From assembly GCA_964019425.1 (NCBI GenBank), contig OZ025795.1, positions 310,001 to 374,000 of the forward strand: a stretch of DNA of 64,000 bases, read 5' to 3'. This document shows, one piece after another, positions 44,133-55,910 of this stretch. The stretch's first letter is position 1; each line of letters starts with the position of its first letter. The stretch comes from Flectonema sp. DT1601. Lineage: Eukaryota. A program made the translations under genes and the position numbers. The notes below the pieces were generated by a model. The model saw only the letters and a list, made by a program, of their open reading frames with translations, was not told the DNA's origin and searched no databases.

Positions 44133-47100
44133 TTAACCAAGAGCTGCATGTCTAACCCTTTCAGACATTGATTGAGGTTGATTCCAACCTGACTCTTCAG
44201 GTACGATGTGAACGTCGGGTTGTTCTGAAATACGATCTCTTATAAACTGTTCTCTCATGTTAGCTGTTAGACCTCGTGAGATCATACTTTGAGGGTAGTC
44301 ACCTAGTGATTGTATTTCAACCTGAGGATTACCAACGTCACTAAATGAATAATTAGCGGACAGTGGATTCTGATCAGCTTCTGTATGCACATCTCTCCTT
44401 GAGAATGTCGCTTCAATAGGATTGTGAGCTATCAGTTCTTCCCCACTCTTAGTAGTCGCATCACTAGGTAGTGGTGCAAATTGTTTTTCCTGAAGAACTG
44501 GATCATAAGCTGCAGAATTATGATGCCCTGAAGGTTTATACAAGTATTCATTTTGTTGATTGCGGGGAACCTCTGCGGGGGCAACGTCTTTGTTGTTGAC
44601 AGCCGCCTCTTGCGCTGCTTTCCTCCTTTTTTTACGTCTCCACAAGAAGAATATTATCCCCGCGATAACAGCAAGTAATATAACACCAGCGATTACCAAC
44701 ACGACAATCCAAACTGTGTCAAGACCTGAGTCTGATGTTGATCCAGCTGTGGGCATTGGATTATTACCTTGACCGTTTACATTACCTCTTGGGTAAGCTT
44801 CTAATAACTGTAAAGACTGTCTTAGTGATGTGGAGGAAGTAGCAGCTGCTAAGAATCGATCAGTCAGCACAGCTGAAGTAACCTCACCAGGAGCACCAGT
44901 ATTTGAGAATTGAAAATCTACAATCGTATCAGGTTTGATGTCTGTGATTAATACTCTGTCGGGTGGTATTCCCAACTCATTTCCTACAATTGATTTGAAG
45001 GTGTTTGCGTCAAAGCTTGCCTGAGGCATATCAAGAACAGCTCTAATTGTATTAGAAGCCTGGTTGTTAATTACAATCTGTAATACTTGTGGAATTGATA
45101 CTGCTCCCTGTGAATCACGAGCCGTAACAACAATCGTAGAATTACCAACAGCATTTGGAGCAGCGATAAAGGTCAAAACTCCGTTTGGAGATATTGATGG
45201 CCCAGGAGTAGTAAACAACTCTGGATTCGAAACAGATAAAACAAAAGTAACTCCTTGAGGTTCATCTGCAGGACCAGCGCTAATTTGAGTTGCCCACTGC
45301 CGAGAAACTGTACCACCGGAGGTACCTGAAACAGTAGAGACAGTTGGAATACCTGGACTAAACACTGGAGGGTCATTCACTGGGTTAACAGTCAACCTAA
45401 AGGCAGCTGGATCTGTGCTGTCGATACCTCCATTTGCAACACCTCCGTCATCAGCTAGCACTGCAGTCATTAACACAACTCCATTAGCATTCGGTGCTAA
45501 TGAGAATTGAACATCACCTCCTGGAACTCTGATAGTCGGTTGAACGAGAAACATCTCTGGCTTGTCAGTCGTAACAAAGAATTGAAGCTGTTGTTGTTAT
45601 CACTTAGTTGTTGTTGTTGTTGTTTGACATAATCAAAACACGTAATACGAATCATAAAGATAATTATACCTTCTGCCCCACCTCATCTGGAGGACCAGGT
45701 GACAGCTGCGATGCCCAGTTTGGTATGAGAACAGGCGCTGAGTCTTCATCAGCCTGTTTGATGATTTTATATTGGTGTTGTTGTTGTTGCATTATACACT
45801 AACAAATCAATTGAAAACTAAAAGGGTGTCACAATCCTTTCTTTTGTTTTATAATAAATTAATTAAGTACTGAAGACAATAAACTCATACCAGAACATCA
45901 GAACCAATAGTAAAACTTGGCCTATCATTAACAGGAATAATATTAATAAAAAAGAACGTTGAATACGTTCCAAGACCCATATTATCAGAACCACCATTAT
46001 CACTGAGAGTAACATCAACTCGGACATCTCCGTTTCTGTCTGCGGCAGGTGCGAAAGTCAGATCTCCAGAAGCAACCCAAACCTTTGGAATTACAGAAAA
46101 CATTCCAATAAGAGATGAAGTTGTGTATGTCAATGCTTGTGAATCTTCAAACGGCCCAGGAGATGCTGACTTTGCCCAGTTTGGGAATGTCTGGTCAGGA
46201 GCATCTTCAAGAACAGACACATCAGGTCCTCTTAAAAAGAACGGAGGATCGTTAACTGGTGTTATCGAAATTGAAAACGGAACAGGCGCGCTTTCTGAAA
46301 TCCCACCGTTTGCAGTACCTCCAGAATCGGATGCCACGATGTCAATTACAACATCACCAAATGCTGAGGGAGCAACTGTGAAACAAAGATCTCCGGTAAT
46401 CGGATCAATATTTGGACCAGTTCCAAATAGTTGACAACATCGAGGAGTTGCTGTGAATGATATCAATTGATTCCTTTCATTAGCAGGTCCAGACATTATA
46501 TTTGAAGCCCACCTAGTGATACAAACTGGAGGTGAATCTTCTAAAACAGTTAAGTCTGCACCCTTGTTGAATGTCGGAGGGTCATTTACTGGTTGAATTG
46601 TAATCGAGAAAACTTCAATCTCACTGCTGTCCATCAGGTTTAAACCCCCTCCGCTATCAATTGCACGGACAGTCACTAATGCTTCTCCGAATGCATTCTG
46701 AGCAGGTACGAATGTTAAGATACCTTCACTTGATATTGCTGGTTGTTCTACAAATAGTTCAGGTACAGCAGCTGATACAGCAAATCGAACTGTTTGTTCT
46801 ACTTCTAAGGGACCTGGTAGGATGTCAGTCGCCCACGTGTTTACATATCTAGGTGAGTCTTCCAACACGATAACGTCTTGTCCTCTTTTGAAAGTTGGTT
46901 TATCGTTGACTGGATTTATCGTTATCGTGAACTGTTCTCTGGTAACGTCTTGACACCCGTTTAGAATACCTCCATTGTCCTGTAAGACGATAGTAATGAT
47001 CGCAGTACCTGATGCATGAGGTGCTGGTGTGAATGTCAAATCACCAGTTGTTTGAGAAAGAGTTGGTAACTGAGTGAATAACTGTCTCTTATCAGGAGGA

Positions 47101-50100
47101 GTCTCTAATTGAACAACTTCTAACACTTGATGTCGTTCATCAAGTGGACCTGTTGTAAGTTGTTCCATCCAACGAGCAAATGTAACCTGTCCGCTGTCTT
47201 CAGTTACTTCAACATTAGCAGCATTTAAAAACTGAGGAGGATCATTACAAGGCTCAACTGTAATCGTAAACTCATCACAAAAAGTATCAGCTCCATCAAG
47301 ACAAGTTGCAAGTCCATTAGTTGCTGACACAGAACTCTGAGGACCAGGTATGAGAATTCCTTGCAAAGTAGTAACAGCTCTGCTACGAACTATTGTTCCT
47401 CCACTGTCCTTTAGACAAGCTGATACTCTTGTGATTCCGTTGGCATTATTCGCCAAAACTAAAGTTAAATCTCCCGTAACTGGATGAATAGCTGGCTGAA
47501 TACTAAACAGTTCAGGTCTATCAGCTCTAAGTATGAATTCCAAAGTCTGTAAATTCTCCGATCCAGGAGCTGCTGTTGGACCTTTAACGATGTTCTTCGC
47601 CCAGGCAGGATTGAAGTACGGTGGTGCATCTTCAATCAAGATGATATCACTCCCCTTTCTGTATGATGGAGGGTCATTAACAGCTCTAACAGTTATCGTG
47701 AATTGATCTGTAGGTGCACAATTTTGATGAGGAGGAATACTATTTCCATTATCACATAACAACACAGTTACCGTCGCTATACCATTAGCATTTGGAGAAG
47801 GTGTAAAAGATAAAGAACAAGTCTTCCTATCAATCTGAGGTTGGACTAAGAACAAGTCTGGTGTATTTGTTGTCAGAGTAAATGTCAACAGTTGTTGATG
47901 AGGAGGACAGTTTTCATTAATTAGCGGTCCTGGTGTCTGACTTGAACACCACTGTGGAACAATTTGCGCACCTGAGTCTTCACAAACAACAATAGAAGGA
48001 CCCATATTGAATGATGGAGCGTCATTGATACACTCAATTACTATTGGGAATGTTTGTGTTATAGATCTGTCGATACCAGAATGGTCAACACCACCCGAAT
48101 CAATCAGTGTTATTGTAACAGTCGAAGTACCACATTGATCTTGAGCAGGATGAAAACACAATTCACCAGTACTTGACACAACAGGTTGAACTGTAAATAA
48201 ATCTGTATTAGTATTCGTTACTTCATATCTCAGTGATTGTCTATCACATGATCCTGATGTGAAGTCTTCGAATGCTCCAGCGTTTGATTCTTTAATCCAC
48301 TGAGTGCATGTTGCTCCATTGTCTTCGTTAGCAGTAACCTCACCTTGACCTCTAAAAGTAGGTTGATCATTAACAGGTAATACAGAAAGAGTAAACCTAC
48401 AAGTTCTAACGTTATTTAAAGCTTGAGAGTCATCAAGTGAAACAGTTATTTCAGTACTTCCACACTGATCAGGTCCTGATGTGAATGTCAGAGTACCAGT
48501 TGATGAATCAATCTGTGGAGGATCTGAAAACATAGTCGGAGTGTCACTCACGAGAGAAAACTGCAACACCTGAGACAGTTCATCTGGAGGACCAGCAGTG
48601 ATATCTGTTACATGTGATAGTATTGTAGTCGGACCAGCATCTTCAAGAACACTAACATCACCTCCACAAGTAAAACATGGAGCATTATTAACTGGTAGGA
48701 TCTCTAATTGTAATGTTCTAATAGCAGTGTCTTGTCCTGGACATGTTGAGACTCCATTCATAACACCACCTTGAACACTTCCACCATCATCTCTTGCAGT
48801 AATAACGAGTGTTATTGGTGTTTGAGTATTAGCACCAACTCTAGTTGTGAAGGATAACGTACCAGAAACCGGATCAATAAAAGGAGGGACCGTAAAGAGA
48901 TCTGCGGCATTAGCGTCAACTGCAACAGAGAAAACCACCGACTGAGATATTTCATTAGAAGGACCTGGTGCAGATCCAGGATTACCAGGTAGGACGTCAA
49001 AAATCCAATTTGGAAAAGATCTCGAGCAACCTGGAGCTGTTGAGGGTAACGTACATCCCCGTGGATCATATGGAGCTGTACACTCTCTAACTGTATTACC
49101 GAGTAAGTCAGATCTAATTGAAAAGGTCGGGGGATCATTTGATGGTCTGATTGTGATAACGTAGTTCTCAACTTCTGATGTCATCGGAGGAACTCCATCA
49201 TCAGTGAGAGTTACTCTCATCAGAGCCTCACCAAAAGCATCTCTAGCAGTAGTAAATGTTAATGTTCCAGTAGGGGAAATAGAAGGAGGAGTACTAAATA
49301 ATGAATCACTGTCAGTTGTAACAGTGAATGCGACATTCATACTATTCTCATCAAACTTATCAGGACCAGGTCTGATATTCGTCGCAAATGCTGATTGAAG
49401 GTATCCATTCACCGCTTCATCCTCACACAATATTATAGCACAGACAGCACCTGTACAGGTGGTTCTCTTTGCACAACACTCCGGACCAAGTCTAAAGGTG
49501 GGTACATCATTAACACAATCAACTTTTATTTGAAAAGGTCGCCTAGCAGTATTAGACCCCCTTCCATTACAAGCTTGAATGTCACCATTATCTGATAAGA
49601 TGATGTCAAGGTTTGCTACTCCGCACATGTCAGGAGCCAGTTCAAAGCGAAGCCTCCCAGTAGTTGTTGAGATCAGTTCAATATCAGGCTGAACAGTAAA
49701 CAATCTTGGATTGTCATTCGTAACTGAAAATGACAGAGTCTGTGAGGCTTCATCACTAGGACCCCTCGACACCTGAACAGCAAAATTTGGCCAATCTGTA
49801 AGACTAGGTGGGTCATCCTCTGTCACAATCAACGGCATTGCCAACGGCAACTGAAACGACGGCGGATCAGACACTGGTAAAACTGTTATAGTAAAAGTAC
49901 ACGTCGGTCCCGCATTACTACCTGGCGGACCAGCTGGTCCAGTATCTCTACTGTTTACGGTTACTGTCGCAACACCATTTGCATTAGGAACTAGTTCAAA
50001 TGTGAGAGTACCCGCAGCATCAATTGAGGGACCGTTTGCAAATAGCGCAGGATTACTATTTATTAAAGTAAAGATCATTCTCTGTCCTTCAAATCCTAAC

Positions 50101-51731
50101 CCGACACCTTCATTAACAGCTCCCAGTGATATTTGAGTAGCCCAACCATTACCATCAGTGTATATAGGTGGTGTAGGTGATACAGGAAGATTATCCAAGT
50201 CTTCACACACAACTATGTCAGGACCACAAACATAAGAAGGTGGGTCGTTGATTGCATTTATAATAATAGTTAACCTACAGCACGAGGTAATTGGATCACA
50301 GGATCTATCACGTGGAGCCATTCCCCCGTCATCTCGTAGTCGGACATACAGCTCGACAACTCTCCCAAATGTATTAGCATCAGGCAGTGCTTGGAATGTA
50401 AGTGTTCCTGTAGTTGGGCTTATCGTCGGTTGCACCGCAAATAGATTAGCATGTGCCGGATTCACAAATTGCAAATCAAAAAATAAATTTTGAGTATTCT
50501 CAGCACTATCCATAAATCCATTTCCCTTACTAATTAAAGTAGCCCAGTTCGTTTGAGTGTAGAATCCATGGTCTTCATTAATCTGAACAGTATCACCACA
50601 AGTAAAAGATGGAGGATCGTTATCACAAGTTATTGTTATCAAGAATGTTCTTGGGGGAACCATCGTATCTGAACCTCCGTTATTTGTACCACCAGAATCT
50701 TGTAGCTGCACTGTCACCTGTGCCATTCCACACTGCCCTGCTGCTGGAGCATACGTTAAGTCAGCTGTCGCTGGATTCATAGCGTCCCATAAAATAGTCG
50801 GTTGAATAGCAAACAGCTGTGGGTTGTTATTGGTGACAGTCCACATTAAACTCTGTTCAAGTTCAAAATTTGTGATAGCAGCTCTGCTGTCACCAGCTCC
50901 CTTATTTATTTGGAAGGCCCAATTAACAACAGTGACAGTACCAGAGTCTTCTATTGAGACTTGGTCACCCAGATCACGAAATCTAGGAGGGTCATTAACA
51001 CAAATCACAGTTACTACAAACTCAACTTCAACGGACACGTGACAATCTGTTGGTGAACATGCACCAGGACAGACAAACATACCATTGTTGGTTGTCACAC
51101 CGTCGACACATGCAGGGTTTCCATCATCACGGAGTTCAACGCTTACAGTAGAAGTACCACATTGATCTGGAGCAGGAGTAAACGTCAGTATACCATCATC
51201 AGCAATAGTAGGCTGACCAGCAACCCCATCGAACAAAATAGGGTTTGCCGCAACTACTGTAAATGCAACACTTTGTCTGCCGGAGTTTGTTTCTCTGCCA
51301 GCAACAAGTGGACCATCTCCATCTACGATGTTTCTAGCCCATAACTCCGGTCCAAAAATGCCACTGTCCTCAACAACAGTGATGTCAGATCCCCTGTCAA
51401 ATAACGGGTTGTGGTTAGGAATACCAGCCCCTGGCACTCCTGCCACGTGGTCCAAGGTTGTAATCCATCTTCTTGCTGTCGGTAACTTCTCCGATTCTTG
51501 TATAAGTCGATGGGTCTCATTATAAAGTGGTCTCACTGGTGCGTTCCTTTGGTTGTTCTTTCTCGCAGCAGCACCTGCAATCAGTGAGCGTCCCTCTACA
51601 AGTTCGAAATTCAAAGGACCCACCAATATCATATCATGTCCCTTTCTCGAATTCTCCACTTTGTGTTCTGATGCGACCACTATAGCAATGGTGAGCATCA
51701 GAGCGAACATTATACGTGGTGGATCTTTCAT
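44133..51731 (-). CDS. Giant type I membrane adhesin-like protein (2459 aa) with ~17 bacterial-type cadherin-like/Ig repeats; exons 51731-45891, 45753-45670, 45587-44133
   Basis: Signal peptide; ~120-aa repeats VNDPPxF..V.ED..WA..I..GP..E..Q.L.F..LF..QP.I...G.LTF.P.....G...V.V...D.GG; TM VWIVVLVIAGVILLAVIAGIIFFLW followed by RRKKRRK. Two introns keep frame. Confidence 0.88.
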
Positions 51732-51930
51732 ATCATTTGACGGGACTGAAAGAATACTGAATTACAATTTTTTTCGGCAATGAGCAGCACATCAACAGGG
51801 GAAAAAAAAAGAGGGAGGGGAATTCCCTTTTCTCTCATCATTTTCATCACCTGGGGAAATTTTTTTTTATACAAGAATAGAAATCTCATATAATAATAAA
51901 TAAAATAAATAAAATTTCGATTCCGCCAGA

Positions 51931-52003
51931 GCAGCTGTCGTCTAGTGGTTAGGACGCTCGCCTCACACGCGAGAGATCACCAGTTCGATCCTGGTCAGTT
52001 GTA
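51931..52003 (+). tRNA. trnV-CAC: tRNA-Val(CAC)
   Basis: Acceptor GCAGCTG/CAGTTGT, D arm GTCTAGTGGTTAGGAC, anticodon arm CTCGC-CTCACAC-GCGAG, T arm ACCAG-TTCGATC-CTGGT, discriminator A, then a TTTTT Pol III terminator. Confidence 0.95.
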
Positions 52004-52164
52004 CTTTTTACACTGTAAAAAGACGAAAACCCCACTGACTAAACTATTGCTGGGTCGTGCAATAGTAGATAAAGTAAAAAGGAAGGACTTGCCCGTGAAA
52101 CACATCCCCGCTAAAGGGGGCATAAAGTCACTGAGTAGTTCTTTGTTTTGTCATCATTTCTCAA

Positions 52165-53136
52165 TTAGTTTTGCTTGGCCTTTTTTGCATACAGTGATGC
52201 CTGATAGTCGAACCACATGTAAAAAGGAGTCTGAACAAGCACAATAAGAGGCTGAAGGATAAGTTCCAGGAAGAAGAAGGCTCTTGGAGTCACCCCTGAC
52301 ATGGAGCTGACAAGGAGGTTTTGAATGACATCGGCAGACTGAATGTGGTAATCACCCTGAAGAAAGCTGTGGATGGTCTGGTTTGCCACAGCTTCTGGGG
52401 AGTATGGCGTTGCTGGGAAACAGTTCTTGCATTCCTCAGGCTTTATTTCCATTTCTCTTTTAAATCCCGGGGTGTCTGTATCTGGAGGATAGCAAATTGA
52501 AACCTTGATGTTAAAGCCACTTAACTCATTGCGAAGTACATCAGCAAGTCCTCTGAGAGCCCACTTTGTAGGAGAATAGGTAGAAAATCCAATGAATCCA
52601 CAAATACCAGCAGCTGAAGAGACGATCATAATTCTACCACCATCGTTTGAAACCATGAGGGGTGCAACAGTCTTGACAACGTTGACGGTTCCCATGTAAT
52701 TAAGATTCATATTGTTTTCGAAAATTGATGTGTCTTGCTCCAAGAAGTATCCAGGGAAACTTGCACCAGCTGACGAAACCAGATAGTCAGGTGTTCCGAA
52801 CTCCTTGTGCGCTGCACTAATTCCTTTCTTTACACTTTCCAAGTTGGTAACATCAATTGAGTAAGCCGCAAACTTCTGATCCTTGTTAAGGGCTACCTTC
52901 TTTAATTGTGCAACAGCGACTTCTAACTTGCTCATCGTTCTTGCCATTAATACAACATTAGCGCCTCTTCTGCTGAACTCTTCTCCCAAACAGAGACCAA
53001 TGCCTTCAGATCCACCAGTGATAAAAACTAACTTTCCTTTCACATCCGCAGTTTTCTTAAGCATCCTTCTCACAAACGGAAGAAGCACCAGGCCAGCTAG
53101 GGCCAACCACCAGTAGCAGTTACAGCTGCAGACCAT
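52165..53136 (-). CDS. KDSR: 3-ketodihydrosphingosine reductase (SDR family; TSC10/FVT1)
   Basis: N-terminal TM, TGGSEGIG, YSPTKWALRGLADVLRNE, PPDTDTPGF and C-terminal hydrophobic helices. Confidence 0.9.
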   Translation of the reverse strand: MVCSCNCYWWLALAGLVLLPFVRRMLKKTADVKGKLVFITGGSEGIGLCLGEEFSRRGANVVLMARTMSKLEVAVAQLKKVALNKDQKFAAYSIDVTNLESVKKGISAAHKEFGTPDYLVSSAGASFPGYFLEQDTSIFENNMNLNYMGTVNVVKTVAPLMVSNDGGRIMIVSSAAGICGFIGFSTYSPTKWALRGLADVLRNELSGFNIKVSICYPPDTDTPGFKREMEIKPEECKNCFPATPYSPEAVANQTIHSFLQGDYHIQSADVIQNLLVSSMSGVTPRAFFFLELILQPLIVLVQTPFYMWFDYQASLYAKKAKQN

Positions 53137-53312
53137 TGTTTATTCTTATTTCTGTGTGAAAGGCTGATTGACTTTATTGATCCATGTACTTAAAAGGTGC
53201 TTCTCAATCGCTTACAACTGTAGAGATGATCATGGAAAACTGAGCACTAAACTTGTCTAAAAAAAGCCAATTCAAAATTCTAAGGTACAGATTACAGTGT
53301 TATTTTATTTGT

Positions 53313-53726
53313 TCACACCATTGCAGTTTTTAATTTATTTCTGCAGTCAGCTATTTGGAGGTCTCGGGTGGCAAGTTCTGATGTAAGTGACGCGATACGA
53401 GACTGGACAACAGATATCTGTGATGAAACATATTGCTGTCTTGCTAATGCAGCTTCTTCAGGTGACAGCGGATGGTGTTGCTGTTGTCGCAAAGTTGGGT
53501 TGTCACTTGTAACCAGCACTGACCCACATCTACCGAGTGACGAGTGCCGAGCTGTGCGTATGCTCGACTGCCGACTTTGTGCTCTCGATCCACTTCTGCT
53601 TGCCTTTTCAAAGCAATTCGGCAACTCGTAGTGTCCAGGTCCCGGAGCTACATCACCTGCATCTCTCTTGGCCTTAGCTAATGATCTCTTCCAATCCTGC
53701 TCGGCTGCATTGGCATCGGAATACAT
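53313..53726 (-). CDS. Small protein with one SHIPPO/STPG-like PGPGxY motif and C-terminal coiled coil
   Basis: VAPGPGHYE motif; ATG at 53726. Confidence 0.55.
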   Translation of the reverse strand: MYSDANAAEQDWKRSLAKAKRDAGDVAPGPGHYELPNCFEKASRSGSRAQSRQSSIRTARHSSLGRCGSVLVTSDNPTLRQQQHHPLSPEEAALARQQYVSSQISVVQSRIASLTSELATRDLQIADCRNKLKTAMV

Positions 53727-53988
53727 AAGGAATACTGTTCTGGGTGGAAACCTTTTGAGCACACAAAGCAAAAAGAATGCAACACAAAATAATCTCTTGT
53801 CAACTATTCATATTTATCTCCTGATGAAGTATTCTAACTCATCAAATCAAAAGTAATATAAATTAATGTGACTTCAGAATTGAGGAACCACACAGTGGGA
53901 GTTCCAGAAGTCATTTTCAGCGAGAAAGTATAATTATATTTAAATCTATTTCACTGTTTGAAGTGTTAGGCTCTATATGAGAGACCAA

Positions 53989-55692
53989 TCAGGTAGCAGA
54001 GCCAGGCTGGGCAATACTCGCAAAGATGTCATCGATCCAACCTTCTCGTACCTGGTTTGTGCCGTTAAAATGGTGGTCCCTGAATAAAAGGTTGTTTGGT
54101 TGGGGGAAAATAATACACACCCAGTTGAGATAATGTGCTCCGTCAGGAGAAGTGTGAATCATTGGCCAGCTCTTTGCAAAAGTATCAACAATCGGATAAT
54201 TACGAAGACGAGCCAGCTCGTATTGTACTTTGTTGTATAATCTGTTTGTTAATTTCTTTTTGTTTTCTTGTAAACTTTTTGTTTAATTGTCATACCTGTG
54301 TCTCAGATTATTCCTGCAATCAACGCGGTGTTGGTGACTTCGAATATGTTTATTCAGAGGATGGGCAGGTACTCCCAACCAGATTATTTTTAATTTTGGA
54401 TGAGCGTCGAATGTTGACATTGCCTCATTTACAACTTCAGAGTGTTTCCGAATTGACCAACAGCTTGATGCGTGGTGCTGACCAACACCAGCAACAATAA
54501 TATCTCCATTTGAGAGCATATCCCGTGCTGTTGGTCTGGACATGTTCAGAAAGTAAGCCGCTACATATGAGATAGAAATATTATGTGAAGCTATTCTGTC
54601 AGTTCGATCCCCTCTCCAGACTTTATTATGCGGGAAATTGATGTTCATTCTTTGCAACAATCCATAAAATGTCATTCGCATGTGTGAGTCACCAAAAAGT
54701 GTAATTCTTCGATTCCGAAGAATCTCCAAAATCATTTCTTTTGGATACTTCGTATGTGTACAGCTGTAGGGTTCCCACTTGTACGATCTCTCAAAATTAA
54801 TCCTTCCGAGAATATCAGGAGTGTGCTTATTTACTTTAGCTTCGTGTTTATAATGAAGCCAGTATCCAGGATATTCTTTCTGAAAATTAGAACGGTCTGA
54901 ACCTGCATCGACCCATCTGCCCCATTCTAAACTTTGCGAAACACCACATGAATGACCTGGCTGGACCATGTCTTTCTTGCATACTAATTCCGTGTGTTCT
55001 GTCAAGTCGGTCCCTAAGATTGGATACCATGTCTTTTCCACAGTCTCAGCCACAGCACCATACTTTTCATAAAGATGCTCTGCCCACAACGAATACGTTC
55101 CAACCCTACCCAGAACAAAGTGTGAAATATAACTACAAGGTGGTTGCTTTCTTCCCTGAATTGACACTTCATCTAAATGAAATGTTGTATTCCCCATTAC
55201 TATTTCTGGTCCTCGTAGCTGAATGCGAAGGTGTTCTGGTCCAAAGAATGTTTTAATCCAATTAAATATCGGAGGGTCGTTACTAAAGTGTTGATCTGTA
55301 ACATAATCTTTACAGGAAGGTAACGATTCCCTAGAGACTGAAAGCCAACCAACACAAGATACTTGATCGTAGTACAGTTTACTTATGAACCCAGAAGCTG
55401 TGTAGGTTTTGACTAACAAATCGTTAGTGGAGTTCAACGTAGAATCCCACTCAGTACGCCCCTTTGTTTGTTGAGTCTTTGGTTGTGGGGTTTTTACATC
55501 TCTTTTGACATCACTGTCAGTGACATTAATTGTACTTCTCACAGGTGTCAATCTGTTTGTTGATTGCACAGTGCTAGTAGTACTTTGATAATAACCTTCT
55601 TCTTTCACCTCAGCCAAAGAAAACATCCCCACATAGCCAAGTGTTATTGCAGCGATACCAATGAGCCATAATCCTTTAATGCGAATGCCCAT
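53989..55692 (-). CDS. NXPE/PC-esterase-like SGNH hydrolase or O-acyltransferase, type II membrane (526 aa); exons 55692-54296, 54241-54121, 54051-53989
   Basis: N-terminal TM, YKWEPYSC and ITLFGDSHMR (GDS). Spliced exon 2 supplies the catalytic DxxH (PDGAHY). Confidence 0.8.
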
Positions 55693-55910
55693 TTTGAATT
55701 ATAAAAAGAAAACAGATCCTCAGTTACATAATCTCAGACAACCAGCCATCCTGTCAAAAAACAATAATTATGAAAAGAAAATTGATATTAACTTCTACAA
55801 CAAGTACTCTCTTAGAGGAATAAAATTTGAACTCACTTTAAATACTAGGTTTGGTAATGGAAATTACCAAAGATGGTTAAACAAAAAATATCCGAATGAT
55901 GCGGCTATTG

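Noticed and set aside
51780..51930. snRNA or snoRNA divergently linked to the tRNA (two C-box-like TGATGA on the minus strand)
   Set aside because: No D box and no U-snRNA or 7SL motifs recognised.
51945..52247. 100-aa plus-strand ORF
   Set aside because: It overlaps the tRNA and is antisense to the KDSR 3' end, with no protein features.
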